From: Vermamoeba vermiformis
Lineage: Eukaryota
Assembly: GCA_045837725.1 (NCBI GenBank)
Contig: JBEWZL010000178.1
Coordinates: 124,001 to 188,000, forward strand
Reading direction: 5' to 3'
DNA length: 64,000 nucleotides
Below the pieces are notes generated by a model. It ran no database searches and was not told the origin of the DNA. It saw only the letters and a list, made by a program, of their open reading frames with translations. A program made the position numbers and the translations under genes. This document shows, piece after piece, positions 54,111-64,000 of the stretch. Position 1 is the stretch's first letter. Each line of letters opens with the position of its first letter.

Positions 54111-54415
54111 TATACTTAAGAGTTCTTGTTGCTGGTTTCGAACGAAAAAAAAAACTGAATTTAACAAACGATCATTAACTGTCACAGTCACCGTCTGTGG
54201 CCGATAGAATGTATTTTACGGATACAAAAGAATAATTTATATTGTCTTACTAAAGAGACGAATACTCCGATTTTCGTTTAAGAAATTGTACGATAGGAAC
54301 TGGATTCGGACAAAACTTGATAACTCACCTGATTTTAGCGTATAGCTAGCGTTTAGAGTTATTTATAGTATTATTTATTAATAATCTTACAGTACCACAT
54401 AGATGCAGCATCTTA

Positions 54416-56570
54416 TTACTCCATCTTTTGTGCGATCGTTGTCCATCCGGTTCTCTTCGTTCCTTTCTTGGCCCAACTAGTAGCATATCGTTAATATTTG
54501 ATGCCAAATAACAAATTATATTGCAGTAACGTACATTTCTAATAATTTTCCAGGGTTCTTTTCGTCTTTGTAAACGGCATCCGGCAATAAAGTTTCGATA
54601 ATGTCGTAGACTTGTACGGGCTTGTCGTCAGTCAAATATTTCTCACCAGGCAAAACAAAGTCGAAAATAACGTCAGGGTTTCTTTGATGTCTCAATTGCA
54701 TGCAGTTCAGATCACCCTACCAACGGATTCATTTTAGTACGTAACTATGGATGCGTAATGTATTTTCGCTAAATTAATCGCTTATTACCTTCTTAAAGAT
54801 TAATAGCGTTGATTTTGATTTGTAGCAGAACTCGGCATCCTCTTCTAAGAACGAGTTGTTTACCCGCTGTCTGATCCAAGACAAGTTCTCAACGTAATGG
54901 AAGTCCCATTTCTTCAAAACTCTGATAGACTGGTAATATTATACAGTTAGAATTTGTATATTGCAGCTTGATTGAAGGTTGCCAAAAGGAATTCGAAATT
55001 CGAAATTGACTTACATCCGCGATCGTTTCGTTCTCAACCCAAATGAAAATGAAGCCAAAAGGCATAACCTTGTCTAACCTTAATTTGTACTATAGGAATA
55101 CATTATTAGAGGATAATTCAAGAAGTTGTAAGTAAATTAATTTTAGCTTACCAGATCCAATGCCGGTACACGGTGTTTGTGAGGCTCGTGCTTGGGCAAC
55201 AACCAAGGCACGTCAATAAGCGCTCCCATAAATTGCTTATTAAGGGTAGTGAAGTCGAAATCCATAATATCAGTTTCAATGTAGTTCGAGGCGATCGGAT
55301 TTTCAACAGGATTCCAAGGAGCGATAGTACGAGCCCAAGAAGGCGGAATTGGAACTGAAGGAATACGCATATATGCTGGTTCGAAAGGATCGACCTTGCT
55401 AATAATTGCCAAAAGGTTAGAGATTGATCCAAAATAGTTAACGAATCTGAATCCAGTTTCAGAGGTCTAAAACTTACGTGACTTTCTTCTTGATTGTATA
55501 GGTATACCCATCAGCGCCTACAACTTCCATAGAGATCATCTTGGTGGTCTTAGGGCCTCCTTGCTCCTTCTTTCTCTTCTTGTTTCCGCCACTCGAAGAA
55601 CTTTTCTTGCCTTTATTATCATCACCTCGATCGTTCCAAAATGCTGCTTCGTCATTGCCAAAATAGCTATAAAATACGGAGTCAGTACTAACACGCAACA
55701 AAAATGCTGTTCAGATCGAATTAGAAGATCTGAATTTCATTAGAATAGTAGTAATTCGTACTTCTCTTCCATATCTGAGTCATCGTCTTCATAGTCAGGC
55801 ATAAGATATCCGTCATTATCTATAATCATGCCTTGACCCATAACTTCAGGGATCAAAATATTCGAAGTCTTTTGGAACAGCTTCTCCAATTGTTCCTCGC
55901 CAAGTGTAGGCTCAGATCCATTGGTGGAATTAGCATCCTAGCAGATTGTGTTAGCACATAGCTACTAACGAAGATCTAGCTCGGAGGAATTAAGATCTCC
56001 GTCCAAAATATTAAATAACTCGATTCAAACATTAAATATTGTTTAAAAAGAATGTGTAATATGATAAGTGTCCAGGAATAATGCGTTAGCCTCAGTGTGC
56101 TGCAGATTTCGATATTTACGATCCGATCTGACGTTCGTAAGGAAACAAAACATTAAAACTTACAGTAGTCGTCTTATTTTGCTCTTGAATTTTCTCTAAT
56201 TCCATAAACTTCGCCATAATCATTTCAGGCGTTTCATTGTCGTCCACGTAACCTACATAGTAGCTGGCCCTTTATTTAAAAAAAATATTAGCATTTATAA
56301 TATCACGACAATAAATTCCTTGTTGGTTTGCACGATGAAAAATAATTGATTGATCCGTTTGAATTTTTCTAACGGTCAAATAAATTATTTGTCACTCTTT
56401 GGCTTGATCTGCACGTATTTATCTTTTTGTATCTCAAAACTATTGATAAATAATTCGTACTTTGGCTTGACTTGATTTTTCTTGCACTTTCTGCCGGGAT
56501 TCTTTTTAGTATCGACATCAGCCTACAAACAAAGTCAGATGCGCTTATTTGCACGCTTGGTGCTTACCAT
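54416..56570 (-). CDS. MT-A70 family protein, probably the inactive AMT6/7 (MTA9-like) partner type; multi-exon
   Basis: YYVGYVDDNETPEMIMAKF, LIDVPW (degenerate DPPW), GFIFIWVE, YVENLSW, LRHQRNPDVIFD, LLEIWA...RTGW. Confidence 0.8.
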
Positions 56571-56848
56571 CGTGGTAGATTGTTATAAAAATGTATTATG
56601 AATGGATAAACGGCGTTGTCAAAAAGCTCGTTCTAAAGTAGCCGTTTAATCCAGCAAGAAAATTCAAAAATTGGGCGGCAAAACTGTTTTCGCTTGTAAC
56701 GATAGGTAGGAGCACAATAATTGCGAGTTTCAGTATAAAACATAACAAAGTCCTAATTATAAGCACTGAATAGACATGTTTCAATCAGAAGCTCGAAATC
56801 TGATCTCGTGGAAGTGTGTTGTTGATGAAGAGGAATTTTTACATGATT

Positions 56849-58574
<1,726 letters not shown>

Positions 58575-58730
58575 ATGATTAAATTAATTATTTACAACGT
58601 AGATTGCCACAAGTTGTGCTCGATCAACGAAAAAATAAGACGTGACAGAAAAAATTTGCTTCTTTTCATTTTAAACTTTTCTTTTGTCGCGAACCACACC
58701 GCTCATATTTAGGAATCATCGAATTATAAC

Positions 58731-60751
58731 ATGGCAGAACAAAACAACAATATGGAAGTCGAGTGGGATGGAGATCCAAGGATCATCCGTTTGCTTAATA
58801 TCATGGACGACGTAGGGTACGTAAATAATATTTAATTATATCACGTAATCTATCAATAGCATTCATTAAGCTACTTATTGGCTTTACTTCCAGATCCACC
58901 ACAAATAAAATAAAGAAATATTATAGAAAATTACAAAATTCGTTTTAACGCGTTTCAATTTCACATTTAAGCTAATTAAATATCTTATGCAGGTTGCAAG
59001 AAAATCAGTTCGCTTCTCCTGAAGCACTCGTGGATCTTGCTGAGAATACTCATAACAACGACTTCTACACATTATGCAGTTCTATATCATCTTTATTAAG
59101 CGAGGTTGTCCCGCCAGAATTACCCACAACTTTACAATTCTCATTTGAGAATGAAAATGATTTGAAACAATTGTTGACTAGCTTAGGTAACGCGCATGAC
59201 CCTCGAATTATTTCAATATAATATTAACTGACTTATATATATAGGATTTACTGATGTGCAAAAGATTAATGAATATGAAACAAAATTGGCCGTTCTCGGT
59301 ACGAAAACAAATCCGATCGCAGCAAGCGTTACGTTCAATGGTTTACTTAATATTAACCGTTTCTATAGACTTTCTATTATGCGAGCTTCAAGTATATCGT
59401 ATGCTAGCGCATCAATCGCTCAAAGGAGAATCGAATCCGGGGTCAGAAACAAACTTCATGGAAACAGATCAGTACATTGTAAGCATTCGTTGTTATTATA
59501 GATTCGTATTTACTATTTTATAGGTATCAGGCAAACCATTGCGAGAGTTAACCGATGAAGATAAAATTCAACGGATGTGTTCGACGCTGGATGTACCCTT
59601 CTCCAAAAATTATGCGAGTACATTGCAAGCTATCACGGAAAAAGCTCAAAATATTATCAATGAGACGCCTGAATTGAAATCTAAGAATATATGGGAGTAC
59701 AGTTTAACACCTAAGCATATGGCAAGTAGATCTCAAAGTTTTAATTGGATCTAACAAATTCGTTTAGCAACTCTTGGAAGAAATTAACCTTATGTTGAAA
59801 CAAGACTATAGTAGTCGAAAAACAGTATTATTGAAGCGATTAGACGTTACTTTGCAAACATTTTTGTGGTCAGAAAAGGCTATCGTAAGTAACACTTGCA
59901 ATCATTGCCAAATTAGTCCTAATTCTTTTTCAGCGAAATAAAGATGAAGTCGATGCAACGCTTGCCGAGCAGAAGAAAGAAATTGCTAAACTAGGTGAAA
60001 GCTCTATTAACGTGTTTGATATTTTTGCTGCGAATAGCGACCTGACGAGCATCGTAAAAACTTCTGCAAAGTCAGTTGAAAGCAAAGACGCGTTGAAAAA
60101 GATCGTTATAGGCACAGTACGTTATCTTATAATTGGCTAATGCGAACTTTATATCACCGGATCATTATTAATGTTGATGACCGCTGTAGGTTCCAGATCG
60201 AGGTGGTCGGTTAGAACAAAAAGGACAAAGCAGCATGCCATCATTTACTTCACGATCTGGTGCTGCACACGATAAAAATAATGTCGCACCTGCTCCGCAA
60301 AGACAACAGCCCAACAATAATAAGCGACGAATTCAGGTATGTCATATCATTTCGAATATTCTGGCCCATAGAGGACTATTTCGCATTAGTAACAATAGTA
60401 TTAATAATTATCCGATATAAATCTCATATTAACTAATAAATAAGAGAACGTACTGTGCCTATGACGATCTTTTTCAATGCGTCTTTGCTTTCAACTGACT
60501 TTGCAGAAGCAATAATTATTAACAAATATAATTTGTTGATATAGTACATTATGGTGCCTTAGAAAATTTGCTGATAATTCTTATAGGGAAATTGGAACGC
60601 AGATGAACGATCGAATAAGCGTGCTAATACGGGCAAGAAAGATAACACGGCTGCAAAGAATAATGAACCCACTGAGTCAAATGCTAATACTAGTAACCGT
60701 GGAGGTCGTGGAGGCAAGCACAAAGGTGGCGGACGCTGGCAAAAGAAATAA
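58731..60751 (+). CDS. FAM98: FAM98 family protein; multi-exon
   Basis: DYSSRKTVLLKRLDVTLQTFLWSEKA, IGTVPDRGGR, MPSF, C-terminal RGGRGG. Confidence 0.9.
60447..60509 (-). repeat. 63-nt inverted copy of 60061..60123 (FAM98 exon end plus splice donor) in a downstream intron
   Basis: 61 of 63 positions identical to the reverse complement. Confidence 0.97.
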
Positions 60752-61084
60752 AAAACGCAATTCATTTGTACAATTCTAACCGTACGGACTCCTAGTTCAT
60801 TGGTACTGTGGCCATGAGTGAGTCTTGTTCGCCAACAGCATCGTGTCCATGAAACAGAATGTATGCCGCAAACAAAAAGAGTTGCAGGATTTGTAAGTAC
60901 TGTCCTACGCCAATGTTTGCCTACACTATGACGAGGTGAACAACAGGTCTTAGCACTGGCTTCTTGATTGAGAAGGCATAACCGGAAATAACATGCAAAT
61001 GAGATTTTCAGTCAATCGATTGAAAATAACAGTATTTTTTGACATCGTCTTTGATACAATTAACCACTAGTAAGTAGAACAAGA

Positions 61085-63781
61085 ATGACAGAACGTGGCA
61101 TTTTAAGTGTGATTTCACTTGTAGTATCACGATTGAAGCGCTCAGAAGACAGCCTCGAAGTATTCAAATCAGTATTGAATTTATCAATCGCTTCAAAATC
61201 ATCCAAAAATTATTTGAACGATAAATTATTGGTAGAAATAAGCTATAGATACGTTAGAGGTGAGTTTTGTAATTTAGCAAATTCTTTTATTAATAATTCT
61301 GAAAATTTTCTTCAGATCGAACGCGATTCATCAACAACAAGCTTAATTACTTTATTCGCAATGACAACTTCGATGGATTTAAAGCGTGTAAGTATATACG
61401 TTATCCATTAACTCGTCGCTCATATTTCATTCTTTTTCAGTTGCAGATTTAGTCGTGGATCAATTCTCAACGCTTGAAGGCGTTAGAATACTCAACAACA
61501 GATTATTATATATATCTGAGCATGCATCAAGCATATTTTTACGCTCGTACGTGCACTATTTACGCGGATATCCTCATGAAGTTTTTTTGAACCGAAAATC
61601 AGCGCGACCAACACTAGTTTATCCGAATATACGACCAAATTTATTGATCAATACGATGAAAATAATGTGCAATAACGTATGGGCCAGCACGAAAGCCGTC
61701 GTATTGTTTCGTCATTTATTGCGCTATTTGACATTGATCGAGACCGACTTTCCGCCAGTCGTTAAAGCAATTTCCAAGCAAAAAAAGCTCAATTTTGCCA
61801 CATTGAGCTATTATTTGAATCGTTATTATCATGAAGGAGGCTTAGATCGGTACTACTACGTTCGACTTCCGACGGTTATCAACTCGTTATTGAATCCACC
61901 AGGTATTTTTAGGACTAACGGAAATTTCAAACGAAATTAATAGCATTATATTTCTTAGATGATCAAGAAATAATAGAAGGCACTATTAAAGTGACGAAAG
62001 AACTAGTTCAACTACCAATTCAAGAACACCCGTGGTTCTTTGGCAACGCATCCAGAGAAGAGATTAAAAGCGCTCTTAATAGTAAGTCTTTTTGCAACAC
62101 AAATATATTTTATAGGAATTTCTAATTAGCGTTGAACAGTTTCATCAACAAACAAATGTTTTCTGGTTATTTTTACCGGATCGCGTTTGTTTCGTTGCCA
62201 AACTTATCGAAGAACGTTAATTCATAATGAAAACAGCATTAACGGACTAAATCAGTTCGGAGTGTCGAACAAAGGCGTTGTTAAAGACTTTGAACTTTAT
62301 CAATTTTATTGCAGCCTCGTGGCGCAAGATCTTCAAAGCATGAAACAGCTTCAAACTACTCATAGTAAGTAAATTACTTATATACCATATTAAATATTTA
62401 ACTTTTTGCCTTAATATATATCCGAGATACTTTAATAAAAAGTCGTTCTGATCCGGTTGATATTTTTTTCAGAATTCAATTGGGCCACTATAGCCAGACG
62501 TGAACATCCGAAACCTTCATATGTTTCAAAACTAATTGGCCATCAACCGCATCCATTAGTTGAGTACTTGAACGTTGTTGATGACATTCGTCAAGACATC
62601 GTTGAATGGCTCTTTCAACTTTGTCCGCTCAAAGGGTAAGTACAATTAAATACTATACTAACTTAATCGTATCGTTTTATCTAAATCATATGAATTTATT
62701 TTACTTCGGTACAAAATTTTTGTTAGATCCGATAGTGCCGAAGTCAATTTTTTGGTTATATAAACGTGTGCTTTTTAAAATAATTTATTCGTACTCTATA
62801 TATATTAAATATTCTTTTAACACTTAATTTCACAGAATCAGCTTTGACTGGCAGAGGAACGAAATTTCCGATCAGCAGTTGAGAATTATCCAAAGAATTA
62901 TTGAAGATGGCGGCTATATTTCAGCAAACTTGTTGATTCAATATGTTACTAAAGTGGTGCCAACAAAAAGAAGCGAGTTGACCATGTTGGCAAGTGCATG
63001 GGACGATGTCGACCGTAACAAAGTGTGGCCGTTCGTGCTTGAAAAGTACCAAGATTTATACAAACAACGACGAGTAACTTCAGAGACAAATATGGCAATA
63101 TTATTGGCTTGGAAATATGCGGACGGCGAGTCAGTCGGATTTCGAAGTCTGCCGAAAGAGTTGATCCGATTGATCGTTGATTTTATTGACGAACCTCCGC
63201 TGACTGTTCGAATCTTTGCAGAAATTCTTGCTGTTCGGTGCGCGAAATTCAGCATTCATTTCAAACTTAATTGGAAAACTTGGCTAGAAAAAAATCTTTG
63301 GGGAATTGAATTCTTTGCTAAAACACGTGACGGTGGCTTTACCCATGGAATTATTGGATCTGTCGCTAGAGCAGCTATAAATATGAAATACCACGTATTT
63401 AGGCGTTACAAGAATACTATCTTGGATCTGGCAGTACGATCGAATTCATACAGCCAAAAATTCCTGGAATTTATCATCAAGTACGAGACACAAGTTCCAA
63501 ATTTAGAAAAAATGTGGTCAGTCGTATTAACGAACGATTACATGATGTTTTCTAGCGCGGCCATTTTGCGCAAGCGGAAAGAGAAAATTGTTTCGACTGC
63601 AGCATTCAGAGCAAAAAATGTAACTTCCTTGAAATTTCTTCTCTCAAAAGCAGCGCTATGGATACCAACAAAAGAACAATTTGACCAATTTATCAAACCA
63701 AAGCATAATGTAACGTACCAAGAAGCTATGAACCTAATCGAAGAGATCAAGAACTCCAAAACGATTGATTCGCGAAAATAA
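61085..63781 (+). CDS. Uncharacterised multi-exon protein with degenerate SH2-like and F-box-like motifs
   Basis: EHPWFFGNASREE...CFLVIF; FRSLPKELIRLIVDFI; in-frame GT-AG junction checked across the SH2-like region. Confidence 0.6.
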
Positions 63782-64000
63782 ATGTCATTAATTGCCATTA
63801 ATCTACAAAATAAATGCTATCGCTCGATTTCTTTCAACACGAAAAAATTTACTTAGCCTGTAGTCACGTGATCGTTAGTCTTTATCAGTATCATTATTGG
63901 TTCTTGCGCTCTACCTTCGTTGATTATTAGCGTCTCCAGTTCATTGTACCGCATTTAAAAAATATTGAAGAAGTAAATGGTGAACTATTTGAACGTACTG

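Noticed and set aside
56398-56470. TCAAGCCAAA direct repeat suggesting a target-site duplication or extra exon in the MT-A70 gene
   Set aside because: A single intron from 56460 to ~56270 gives the correct frame into ASYYVGYVDD; no terminal repeats seen.
60925-60972. SECIS-like ATGA...TGA hairpin downstream of FAM98
   Set aside because: Poor stem pairing and no in-frame UGA seen upstream.

Overview
Gene-dense, intron-rich eukaryotic DNA in the standard genetic code. Short GT-AG introns, Asn-rich low-complexity tracts and the gene content suggest an amoebozoan-like protist (inference). I reconstructed about 21 spliced protein genes by hand: importin alpha, a Nudix hydrolase, a Cys-rich 7TM receptor-like protein, an acid-sphingomyelinase-like phosphodiesterase, a DYRK-like kinase, a VWA/baculovirus-p94-like protein, an F-box/LRR protein, a CxxC-repeat protein, PrpD, RBBP4/MSI1, glucokinase, BRWD/PHIP, an ankyrin/F-box protein, an SH3-PAK kinase, PIG-P, a GPI-anchored-like surface protein, a Ran-like GTPase, an MT-A70 AMT6/7-like protein, an NDP-glucose 4,6-dehydratase, FAM98 and an SH2-like/F-box-like protein. 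All four tRNA genes lie inside spliceosomal introns. The most notable observations are: (1) a Ran paralog fused to a SHOCT-like helix and an FG-repeat region; (2) a ~290-nt tRNA-Leu module shared by introns of two unrelated convergent genes; (3) a 63-nt inverted exon copy in a downstream FAM98 intron that could sequester a splice donor; (4) a 12-bp palindrome that I found only in introns; (5) a nearly intronless p94-like gene. All gene models and family calls are by eye and from recalled motifs; no searches were run.
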